Assembly: GCA_030613545.1 (NCBI GenBank)
Contig: JAUWLU010000001.1
Location: 1-52,033, forward strand
From: Desulfuromonadales bacterium
Lineage (GTDB): Bacteria; Desulfobacterota; Desulfuromonadia; Desulfuromonadales; Syntrophotaleaceae
Reading direction: 5' to 3'
Length of the DNA stretch: 52,033 bases
In this document: positions 19,076 to 29,591 of the stretch, one piece after another
Numbering within the stretch: the stretch's first letter is position 1
How the letters are laid out: every line of letters starts with the position of its first letter
The notes under the pieces: generated by a model
What the model was told of the DNA's origin: nothing
Seen by the model: only the letters and a program-made list of their open reading frames with translations
The model's database searches: none
Position numbers and translations under genes: made by a program

Positions 19076-19225
19076 GATGGACTCGCAAAAAGTCATGAGA
19101 TGGCTAAGCAAAAATTTCGACCCACAAGGCGTAGTGGTTTTTCAGGGGTGAAGGCATGCATATGGTATGTCGAAGTCCTGAAAAAGCGCTGCAACGCAGT
19201 AGGGCGAACTTTTTGCGACGCCATC
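19076..19225. mobile_element. 150-bp MITE with 18-bp TIRs and 6-bp target-site duplication
   Basis: TIRs GATGGACTCGCAAAAAGT / ACTTTTTGCGACGCCATC (16/18 match); TTCCTT direct repeats at 19070-19075 and 19226-19231. Confidence 0.85.
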
Positions 19226-19264
19226 TTCCTTGGCAAAGGGCTACAGGACGGCACAACGGACCGC

Positions 19265-19293
19265 ATGATAGAGTAAAAGCCCTTATATGTCAA
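19265..19293 (-). promoter_or_regulatory. sigma70 promoter of nadA
   Basis: TTGACA-17-TATCAT. Confidence 0.8.
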
Positions 19294-19317
19294 ACCTTTA
19301 TCAGAATTTGCCAATGC

Positions 19318-19346
19318 TTGACAGACGCTGGCTTTACCGCTATCTT
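19318..19346 (+). promoter_or_regulatory. sigma70 promoter of the tat genes (divergent from nadA)
   Basis: TTGACA-17-TATCTT. Confidence 0.75.
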
Positions 19347-19394
19347 CCAGAGAACCATACCAACCATCGATTTACCGACCAAGGAAGACCCTGC

Positions 19395-19634
19395 ATGTTC
19401 AATCTCGGAATGCCCGAACTGCTGCTGATTCTGGCCGTGGCCCTGCTGGTCATCGGGCCGCGCAAGCTTCCCGAGCTGGCCCGGGCCCTGGGCAAAGGGC
19501 TGGCCGAATTCAAGCGCGCCACCCGCGACCTGCACCAGTCCCTCGACGAACCGGGCGAACCGGGTGAGATCGACCAGCCGAGCGAGGAATCGCCGACAGA
19601 CCCGACAACGAAAGATTCCGAGGGCCATGGATGA
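19395..19634 (+). CDS. twin-arginine translocase TatA/TatB family subunit
   Basis: [34 protein letters not shown]. Confidence 0.9.
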   Translation: MFNLGMPELLLILAVALLVIGPRKLPELARALGKGLAEFKRATRDLHQSLDEPGEPGEIDQPSEESPTDPTTKDSEGHG

Positions 19635-20358
19635 GCTGCCCGTTACCGCCCACCTGGAGGAACTGCGCCGGCGGCTGATGATCTGTGCCGGCAGCTGGCT
19701 GGCGGCCTTCGCCCTCTGCTACACAGTGGCGGAAAAACTCTTTCTCTTAATTGCCGAACCGGTCCAGGCGGCCCTACCCGAGGGCAGTTCGCTGGTCTTC
19801 ATCAATGCCACCGAGCCCTTCTTCACCTACCTTAAGGTCGCCGCCCTCGGTGGCCTGCTGCTGGCCCTGCCGGTCCTTCTCTGGCAACTGTGGCTATTCG
19901 TCGCCCCCGGCCTGTACGGTCACGAGAAGCGCTTCGCCCTGCCCTTCGTGCTGGCCAGCTGCAGCTGTTTTGCCGCCGGCACCTGGTTCGGCTTTCGCTA
20001 CGTCTTTCCCCTGGTGTTCCGCTTTCTGGTCACTTTCGGCACCGACGGCGGCATGGAAGCGATGCTCTCCATGGGCGCCTATCTGGCCCTGTCGAGCAAA
20101 CTGCTGCTCGCCTTCGGCCTGGTCTTCGAGTTGCCCATCGTGATCTTCTTTCTGGCCCGCATGGGCATCGTCGACCACCGCTGGCTGGCCCGCCACCGCA
20201 AGCACGCCATCCTGCTCGCTTTTTTGGTCGGCGCCGTGCTGACGCCGCCCGACGTCATCTCCCAGATCTCCCTGGCCGGCCCCTTCATGGTTCTCTACGA
20301 GGTCGGCATTCTGGCGGCACGGCTGTTCGGCGCCCCGGCGCCGCAAAAGGATGCCTGA
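19627..20358 (+). CDS. tatC: twin-arginine translocase subunit TatC
   Basis: [27 protein letters not shown] motifs. Confidence 0.95.
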   Translation: MDELPVTAHLEELRRRLMICAGSWLAAFALCYTVAEKLFLLIAEPVQAALPEGSSLVFINATEPFFTYLKVAALGGLLLALPVLLWQLWLFVAPGLYGHEKRFALPFVLASCSCFAAGTWFGFRYVFPLVFRFLVTFGTDGGMEAMLSMGAYLALSSKLLLAFGLVFELPIVIFFLARMGIVDHRWLARHRKHAILLAFLVGAVLTPPDVISQISLAGPFMVLYEVGILAARLFGAPAPQKDA

Positions 20359-20360
20359 CA

Positions 20361-20479
20361 TGTTGCCCTTGCCTGGTGCCGCACCGCGACAGCGAGCCCA
20401 CCGAGCTCATCGCTTTGACCGACCAGGCCCTCTACCAGGCAAAAAAACCGGCCGCAACCGGGTGGTGGTGGCCTGCTGA
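20361..20479 (+). pseudogene. C-terminal remnant of a GGDEF diguanylate cyclase
   Basis: LVP..ELIALTDQALYQAKK, then after a 1-nt shift in the A7 run (20441-20447) GRNRVVVAC*; no N-terminal part. Confidence 0.7.
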
Positions 20480-20494
20480 TTTACCGCGAAAGGT

Positions 20495-20523
20495 TTGATC
20501 TTTGCCCCGCTTGTCGCTATAGT
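20495..20523 (+). promoter_or_regulatory. sigma70-like promoter 7 nt upstream of ATG (possible leaderless mRNA)
   Basis: TTGATC-17-TATAGT-7-ATG; no SD. Confidence 0.6.
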
Positions 20524-20530
20524 TCCGGCC

Positions 20531-21465
<935 letters not shown>

Positions 21466-21466
<1 letters not shown>

Positions 21467-22260
21467 TGATCGACCGCCTGCGCCAACAGCGGCGTTTCAT
21501 ACCCTGGCTGCCCTTCGCCACCCTGCTGCAGAAGGAGGTCCGGCGCTTTCTGCGGGTCTCCTTCCAGACTCTGCTGACCCCCATCGTCACCGCCTCCCTC
21601 TATCTGTTCGTGTTCGGCGCCACCCTCGGCCAACACATCTCGGTACTGGAGGGCTTCTCCTACGCCCAGTTCGTGGTGCCCGGCCTGATACTGATGGGGG
21701 TCATCAACAACAGTTTCGCCAACACCTCGTCGTCCCTGTTCATCTCCCGCTACCTGGGCAACATCGTCGACCTGCTGGTCACCCCCCTGACCCCGCCGCA
21801 AGTCATCCTGGCCTACACCCTGGCGGCCATGCTGCGCGGCCTGCTGGTCGGCACCGTGGTGCTGATCATCTCCTGTTTCTTCGCCGAACTGCCCTTCGTC
21901 TCCCCCTGGGCGGCGGCGGCCATGGCAGCCCTGGCCAGCTTTCTGTTCGCCCAGTTCGGCCTCATCGCCGCCATCTACGCCAACTCCTTCGACGCCCTGT
22001 CCATGTACAACAACTTTCTGATCCTGCCACTGATCTACCTCGGCGGGGTCTTCTACCCGATCTCCATTCTACCGCCTTTCTGGGCGCGGCTATCCCATTT
22101 CAATCCCATGCTCTACCTCATCGACGGCTTTCGCCATGCCATTCTCGGCGTCGGCGACCTGCCGCTGAGCACCGCCTTCGCCGTCGCCGGACTGATAGCC
22201 GCGGCCCTCTTTGGCTGGGCGGCGGTGCTGCTCGGCAGCGGCTACAAGCTGCGCCTGTAA
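21466..22260 (+). CDS. ABC-2 type exporter permease (YadH-like)
   Basis: KEVRRFLR, PGLILMG, LGGVFYPI, NPMLYLIDGFR; TGATG coupling. Confidence 0.9.
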
Positions 22261-22299
22261 AAACCCGATTGATTTCAGGAAATTTTCAACATTTTTTTG

Positions 22300-22326
22300 T
22301 TGACAGGGAGAGCTTTCAGGTACAAT
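22300..22326 (+). promoter_or_regulatory. sigma70-like promoter with short spacer
   Basis: TTGACA-15-TACAAT in AT-rich context. Confidence 0.5.
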
Positions 22327-22395
22327 TAAAGATCAAATTTAATGAAATTTCGAGAATCGTCTATCGGTTTCGACCCCAGCCCAAGGAAGGCCGCC

Positions 22396-22596
22396 ATGAG
22401 AACCCTGGTCGTACACAGTGAAAACAGCGCCGAGCATCGCTACACCATCTGCCAAAACGAAGAGAGCGACAGCTATTTTCTGATCATCGACGAAAAACCC
22501 TACGAGGAAAACCGCCATCTGTTCGAGGGTACCTTCGACGATGTACACGACAAACTCAAGGCCCTGCGCGCGATGGAAGACCTGAAAACCATCTGA
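22396..22596 (+). CDS. 66-aa hypothetical protein (paralog 1)
   Basis: AAGGAAGG RBS; about one-third identical to 24414-24614. Confidence 0.8.
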   Translation: MRTLVVHSENSAEHRYTICQNEESDSYFLIIDEKPYEENRHLFEGTFDDVHDKLKALRAMEDLKTI

Positions 22597-22692
22597 AATT
22601 CCGAAGTTTCGCTTTCGGCTTTACCCAGGCCGTCCAGCCGACTCAGGAACCTTTCCCGAAACCGCACCCGCTCACCTGTTCAGGAGCCAAGC

Positions 22693-24048
22693 ATGTCCAC
22701 CCTGTGCCATCACCTTTTTGCCTGGCTGCTCATGACCGCTTTGGCCTGTACCCTGCCCATCGCCGCCGAAGCGACGCCGTCAAATGGCCCGGCCAAAAAC
22801 GTCATCGTCATGATCAGCGACGGCATGGGCTATAACCACAGCGAGGCGGCCAGCCTCTACGCCAGTGGCCGCAGGAACAGCCAGGTCTATGCCGGCTTCC
22901 CGGTGCGGCTGGCCATGAGCACCCATGCCGTCGGGGGTGGTTACGACAGCGAACTGGCGTGGAACGCCTTTGACCTGGCGAAAGCAGGGGCCACTGACTC
23001 GGCCGCCGCCGCTACCGCCATGGCCAGCGGCCACAAAACCCGCCGCCGTGTCATCGGCATGGTGCCGGCCGAAGACGGCAGCCTGCGACCGGTGGAGAAC
23101 CTGGTCGAGCGTGCGGAAAAGCTCGGCAAGGCCAGCGGGGTGATAACCAGCGTCCCCTTCGCCCACGCCACCCCGGCCTCCTTCGTGGTCCATGACGAAA
23201 ACCGCAAAAACGGCCCGGCCATCGCCAACCGCATGCTGCGCGACAGCGCCGTGGACGTGATCATGGGCTGCGGCCATCCGTTCTTCGACCGGAATGGCCG
23301 GCAACTAAACGCGGCGCGCTCCTTCAAGTACGTCGGCGGGGCGGAAACCTGGACCGCGCTGCAAGCCGGCACTCTGGGCGGCGATGCCGATGGTGACGGC
23401 CGGGCCGACCCCTGGACCCTCATCGAGCAGCGAAGCGAGTTCCAGAAACTGGCCGTGGGCGCCACCCCGCAACGGCTGCTCGGCATTCCGCAGGTCGCCA
23501 AAACCCTGCAACAGGGACGGAGCGGCGATCCACAGGCGCGGCCCTACGCGGTGGCACTGCTCAACACGGTGCCGACTCTAACGGAAATGACCCGCGCGGC
23601 CCTCAACGTCCTCGACAACGATCCGGACGGCTTCTTCCTCATGATCGAAGGCGGAGCGGTGGACTGGGCCAGCCACGATAACCAGTCGGGGCGGCTGCTG
23701 GAGGAACAGCTCGACTTCGACCGCACGGTGGCGGCGGTGGTCCGCTGGGTGAAAACCTGCAGCAGCTGGGACGAGACCCTGCTGATCGTCACCGGCGACC
23801 ACGAAACCGGCTATCTGAGCGGCCCCGGTTCCAATCCCGACTGGCAGCCCCTCCAAAACCGCGGCCACAACCGGCCACCGGGCATGGAATGGCACAGCGA
23901 CAACCATACCAACAGCCTGATTCCGCTGTACGCCAAGGGCCACAGCGCCGACCTGCTGCCGCAGCGGGTGCAGGGAAACGATCCGGTGCGCGGCCCCTAT
24001 GTCGACAACACTACCGTGGCCGAGGTTGTGTTTGCCGCCTTCGACTGA
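22693..24048 (+). CDS. alkaline phosphatase (PhoA family), secreted
   Basis: NVIVMISDGMG, TDSAAAATA (catalytic Ser), HATPA, EGGAVDWASH, TGDHETG; signal peptide. Confidence 0.92.
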   Translation: MSTLCHHLFAWLLMTALACTLPIAAEATPSNGPAKNVIVMISDGMGYNHSEAASLYASGRRNSQVYAGFPVRLAMSTHAVGGGYDSELAWNAFDLAKAGATDSAAAATAMASGHKTRRRVIGMVPAEDGSLRPVENLVERAEKLGKASGVITSVPFAHATPASFVVHDENRKNGPAIANRMLRDSAVDVIMGCGHPFFDRNGRQLNAARSFKYVGGAETWTALQAGTLGGDADGDGRADPWTLIEQRSEFQKLAVGATPQRLLGIPQVAKTLQQGRSGDPQARPYAVALLNTVPTLTEMTRAALNVLDNDPDGFFLMIEGGAVDWASHDNQSGRLLEEQLDFDRTVAAVVRWVKTCSSWDETLLIVTGDHETGYLSGPGSNPDWQPLQNRGHNRPPGMEWHSDNHTNSLIPLYAKGHSADLLPQRVQGNDPVRGPYVDNTTVAEVVFAAFD

Positions 24049-24134
24049 GTTTCCGGCCGGCCAACCCTTCTTGGCAGACAATCTTTACCGGTTATCCCCT
24101 TGGCTCAAATTGATAACCTACTAAAATTAATAGG

Positions 24135-24276
24135 TTTTCTCTGTGTTCTCTAGTGAGCGAAGCGAACGGGTGGTAAAAGTTTCGGATTTTGCTCGATCTG
24201 CGAATGCGCAGCATCAGATTTTATCAGCGTCCAAATCGAGGTTCAAAAGCTTAACGGGACGCAGATGAACGCAGAT
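24135..24276. repeat. cluster of short repeat motifs (CTCTGTGTTCTC..GTGGTAAAA and ACGCAGAT units)
   Basis: ACGCAGAT direct repeat 24259-24276; ATCAGCGTCC (24223-24232) inverted to GGACGCAGAT (24257-24266). Confidence 0.45.
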
Positions 24277-24413
24277 AGAGCCAAAAAACAAGAACCTGGT
24301 TATCCAACTAGGCCAAGTTGACGACCTGTCAAAATCAAAAGCGATCACACAAGCGCACAGAAGAATCTGTTATCAAGTTCAAGAGAGAAGGCAAGTTACC
24401 GAGGAGTTATGAC

Positions 24414-24614
24414 ATGACACCAGTTGCAATTTACACCGAAAGTTACGGCGCTTACGCCTACAGCGTCTGCAAAGAGGAGGACGGCAGCTACTTCCTGCTC
24501 ATCAACGAGGAACCCTACTGCGAAAAGGGCGAGGTGTTTCGCGGCACCTTCAGCGATGTCAGCGCCAAACTGGAAGAGGTCAAGCTCGCCCAGGCTGGTA
24601 CCCCAGAGGATTAA
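24414..24614 (+). CDS. 66-aa hypothetical protein (paralog 2)
   Basis: GAGGAG RBS; shares Y.[IV]C..E, SYFL.I.E.PY.E, F.GTF.DV..KL with 22396-22596. Confidence 0.8.
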   Translation: MTPVAIYTESYGAYAYSVCKEEDGSYFLLINEEPYCEKGEVFRGTFSDVSAKLEEVKLAQAGTPED

Positions 24615-24669
24615 TCGAGTCCGCTGCCCCTGGTCTTTAGCGGCGTAACCTTGATGGCGGCGAACCGGT

Positions 24670-24698
24670 TTGCTTCGCCGCCTCACTGCCGCTACAAT
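24670..24698 (+). promoter_or_regulatory. sigma70-like promoter 6 nt upstream of ATG (possible leaderless mRNA)
   Basis: TTGCTT-17-TACAAT-6-ATG; no SD. Confidence 0.6.
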
Positions 24699-24704
24699 AC
24701 TCCC

Positions 24705-25502
24705 ATGCAACGTTCCTGTCTGGTCACCGATTACATCTCCTACGAAGAGTCCATTCCCGCCCTGCTCGAAGCCATCGGTGCGCCCGAGGTACTCCGCCGT
24801 CAGTCGCGCATCCTGATCAAACCCAATCTGGTCAACGCTTCACCGCCGCCGGTGACCCTGCCGGTGAGGGCCTGCGCTGCCCTGGTGCGGGCCTGCCGCC
24901 AGTGGAGCCAAGCGGAGATCATCATCGCCGAGGGAACCGGCGAAAGACACCTGACCACCGATGATGTCTTTGCCATTCACGGCTACGACCGTTTAGCCGC
25001 AGAACTCGACGTGCAGTTAGTCGATCTCAACGAAGCGGAACTGATAGAACTGCACAACCCACAGAACAGGGTCTTCCCCAGCTTCATGATGCCGCGCCTG
25101 GTGATGGAGAGCTTCGTCCTCTCCGCCGCAGTCCTCAAGGCTCATTCCCTGTCCACCGTCACTCTGAGCATGAAGAACATGATCGGCGTCGCGCCACCGG
25201 CCTACTACCAGCGCGGCGGCCACTGGAAGAAATCGGCCTTTCACCGCGAGATGCAAAGTTCGGTCTTTGAGCTGAACCGCTACCGTCAGCCCGACCTGGC
25301 CTTCATCGATGCCACCGTCGGTCTGGCTGACTACCACCTCGGTGGACCGACCTGCGAGCCGCCAGTGAACAAGCTGGTGGCCGGATTCGATGCGGTGGCC
25401 GTCGATGCCGCCGGTGCGCAACTGCTCGGCATCCCCTGGCAGCAGGTCGGCCATATTCAAATGGCGGACGGAGTCCTGGGATGGGCAGAGGGCTCCGAAT
25501 AA
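24705..25502 (+). CDS. DUF362 domain protein
   Basis: ILIKPNLV, LKAH..VTLSMKNMIG, DAVAVDA motifs. Confidence 0.85.
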   Translation: MQRSCLVTDYISYEESIPALLEAIGAPEVLRRQSRILIKPNLVNASPPPVTLPVRACAALVRACRQWSQAEIIIAEGTGERHLTTDDVFAIHGYDRLAAELDVQLVDLNEAELIELHNPQNRVFPSFMMPRLVMESFVLSAAVLKAHSLSTVTLSMKNMIGVAPPAYYQRGGHWKKSAFHREMQSSVFELNRYRQPDLAFIDATVGLADYHLGGPTCEPPVNKLVAGFDAVAVDAAGAQLLGIPWQQVGHIQMADGVLGWAEGSE

Positions 25503-25517
25503 GAACGGTTAAAAGCA

Positions 25518-25550
25518 AAAAAAGGCCGCCCTGTCTCCAGGCGGCCTTTT
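25518..25550. terminator. bidirectional terminator between convergent DUF362 gene and uvrB
   Basis: AAAAAAGGCCGCC-ctgtctcca-GGCGGCCTTTT. Confidence 0.85.
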
Positions 25551-25575
25551 CGGTTTTCCTCATCGAACCTTCCTG

Positions 25576-27576
<2,001 letters not shown>

Positions 27577-27656
27577 GTCTGAGCTTAATCCAGGGGGGCG
27601 GGAAAAGGGAAGAGGGGCTTGAGTTTCATTGGCGGCTTGCTGCCCCCCTGGCGATT

Positions 27657-28146
27657 AAAAGGCAGAACCGGCGGGTTGCGGCCCGCCAACCGCCATACTT
27701 TTTGTCCAAGCCACCAAAAAGTATGCAAAAAATGGCTGCCACTGCGTGGAGCATACTGTCACGCAGGCAAGGAGAAGGCTAACAACCCTAGAGCCATTCC
27801 ACAGCGGCAGCAATTTCTTTGCGCGGCCCCTCTTCCGAAAGTTGATTGCTAAATCTATCGGTCCGATTCTCTTCCCAACAGTGATCGAAGGGGCTGTTGG
27901 GTTTAAAACCAACAACGCAACTGCAACATCGCTGCGTCATCCTCTGACGTTCCCTGCCTGCAAGCCGACACAATGACAGAGGGGCCCACGACAAAGCGAC
28001 ATCCCTTTTTAGGTCTCAGCACAGGGCGATAGACACTTCAACCCTCGCGACAGAAGTCCGGCGACAGCCACGCCCTTTCTTTGATTACTTTCTTTGGAGC
28101 CAGCAAAGAAAGTAATCCGGCTGGCCGGCCGGGACCGGCGAAGTTA
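27657..28146 (+). repeat. ~480-bp dispersed non-coding element, copy B
   Basis: Colinear with reverse complement of 2868-3351 and with 28181-28551. Confidence 0.9.
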
Positions 28147-28180
28147 AACTAAAGACTGCAGATTTCAGTCGGTTCCAAAC

Positions 28181-28551
28181 AAAAAGCAACACCGGCGGGT
28201 CGCGTCCCGCCAGCCGCCTTCCTTTTTGTCCAGGCGGCAACAAAAAGGAAGCAAAAAATGCCTTACCACTGCGTGGGGCATACTGTCACGCCGATTAGGA
28301 GAAGGCTAAAAACCCCTAGAGCCATTCCACAGCGGCAGCAATTTCTTTGCGCGGCCCCTCTTCCGAAAGTTGATTGCTAAAACTATCGGTCCGATTCTCT
28401 TCCCAACAGTGATCGAAGGGGCTATTGGGTTTAAAACCAACAACGCAACTGCAACAACGCTGCGCTACCCTCTGTCGATCGCTGCCTGCAAGCCGTCCCA
28501 ATGACAGGAGGGCCGACGACGAAGCGACTGCCGGCCGGGACCGGCGAAGTT
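28181..28551 (+). repeat. same element, copy C (tandem to B; ~120-bp deletion removes the right terminal module)
   Basis: Core nearly identical to copy B; jumps from GAAGCGACT directly to GCCGGCCGGGACCGGCGAAGTT. Confidence 0.9.
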
Positions 28552-28589
28552 CAAAGATTTTCAGCAGACAACCTGATCAAAGCAATCCA

Positions 28590-29546
28590 TCACACCCCAG
28601 GATTATCCTTCAACCACTCCATATAGCGATCCACACCCTGTTCAACCGTCAGAAAGGTGCCATCGTAGCCCGCCGCCCGCAAGCGGCTCAAATCCGCCTC
28701 GGTAAAGCTCTGATAGCGCCCTTTCAACTTATCGGGGAAGGGAACGTAGCAGAGCTCGCCACGGTCGTGGGCCTTGAGCACCCCCTTGGCCACGTCGTTG
28801 AAGCTCTGGCTGCGGCCGGTGCCGACATTGTAGATGCCAAACACGTCGGGATGGTCGAGAAACCACAGGTTGACGTCGACCACATCGCCGACATAGACGA
28901 AGTCCCTGCGCTGTTCACCATCACCGTAACCGTCGCAGCCTTCGAACAGCTTTACCTGGCCTTCGGCGAGCAGCTGGTTGTTGAGATGGAAGGCGACGCT
29001 GGCCATGCTGCCCTTGTGCTGCTCTCGAGGACCGTAAACATTGAAGTAGCGGAACCCGGAAATCTGGCTCTCGGCCTTGGGCAGCAGCCGGCGCACATAC
29101 TGGTCGAACAGGGCCTTGGAATAGCCGTAGACGTTGAGGGGCCGCTCAAACTGGGGATCTTCATTGAACACCGTGCCGCCACCGTAAGTTGCGGCGCTGG
29201 AGGCGTAGATGAAGGGGATGCGGCGCTCCAGGCACCAGTGCAGCAGCACTTTGGAGTAGCGGTAGTTGTTTTCCATCATGTAGCGGCCGTCCCACTCGGT
29301 GGTGGTGGAACAGGCGCCCTGATGCAGCACCGCCTCGATAGCTCCGCCGAAGTCGTCGCCGGCTTCGAGGCGCCGCAAAAATTCATCCTTGTCCAGGTAA
29401 TCGGCCAATCGAGCGTCGGCAATGTTGACGAACTTGGTGCCATCGGTCAGATCGTCCACCACCAGGATATCGTCCCGCCCCCGTGCGTTGAGAGCCTGGA
29501 CGATGTTACTGCCGATAAAACCGGCGCCGCCGGTAACGATAATCAT
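28590..29546 (-). CDS. rfaD: ADP-L-glycero-D-manno-heptose 6-epimerase
   Basis: [47 protein letters not shown]. Confidence 0.95.
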   Translation of the reverse strand: MIIVTGGAGFIGSNIVQALNARGRDDILVVDDLTDGTKFVNIADARLADYLDKDEFLRRLEAGDDFGGAIEAVLHQGACSTTTEWDGRYMMENNYRYSKVLLHWCLERRIPFIYASSAATYGGGTVFNEDPQFERPLNVYGYSKALFDQYVRRLLPKAESQISGFRYFNVYGPREQHKGSMASVAFHLNNQLLAEGQVKLFEGCDGYGDGEQRRDFVYVGDVVDVNLWFLDHPDVFGIYNVGTGRSQSFNDVAKGVLKAHDRGELCYVPFPDKLKGRYQSFTEADLSRLRAAGYDGTFLTVEQGVDRYMEWLKDNPGV

Positions 29547-29591
29547 CTGTTTGATCCTTTCCATATTTTCTTACAGTTAGGTTGCGAAAAA

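Noticed and set aside
19076-19225. NAD-sensing riboswitch upstream of nadA
   Set aside because: TIRs plus a 6-bp target duplication explain the structure as a MITE; no recognisable aptamer consensus.
27657-28551. Possible CRISPR array or IS
   Set aside because: No regular repeat-spacer periodicity, no cas or transposase ORF; it is two long tandem copies of one element.
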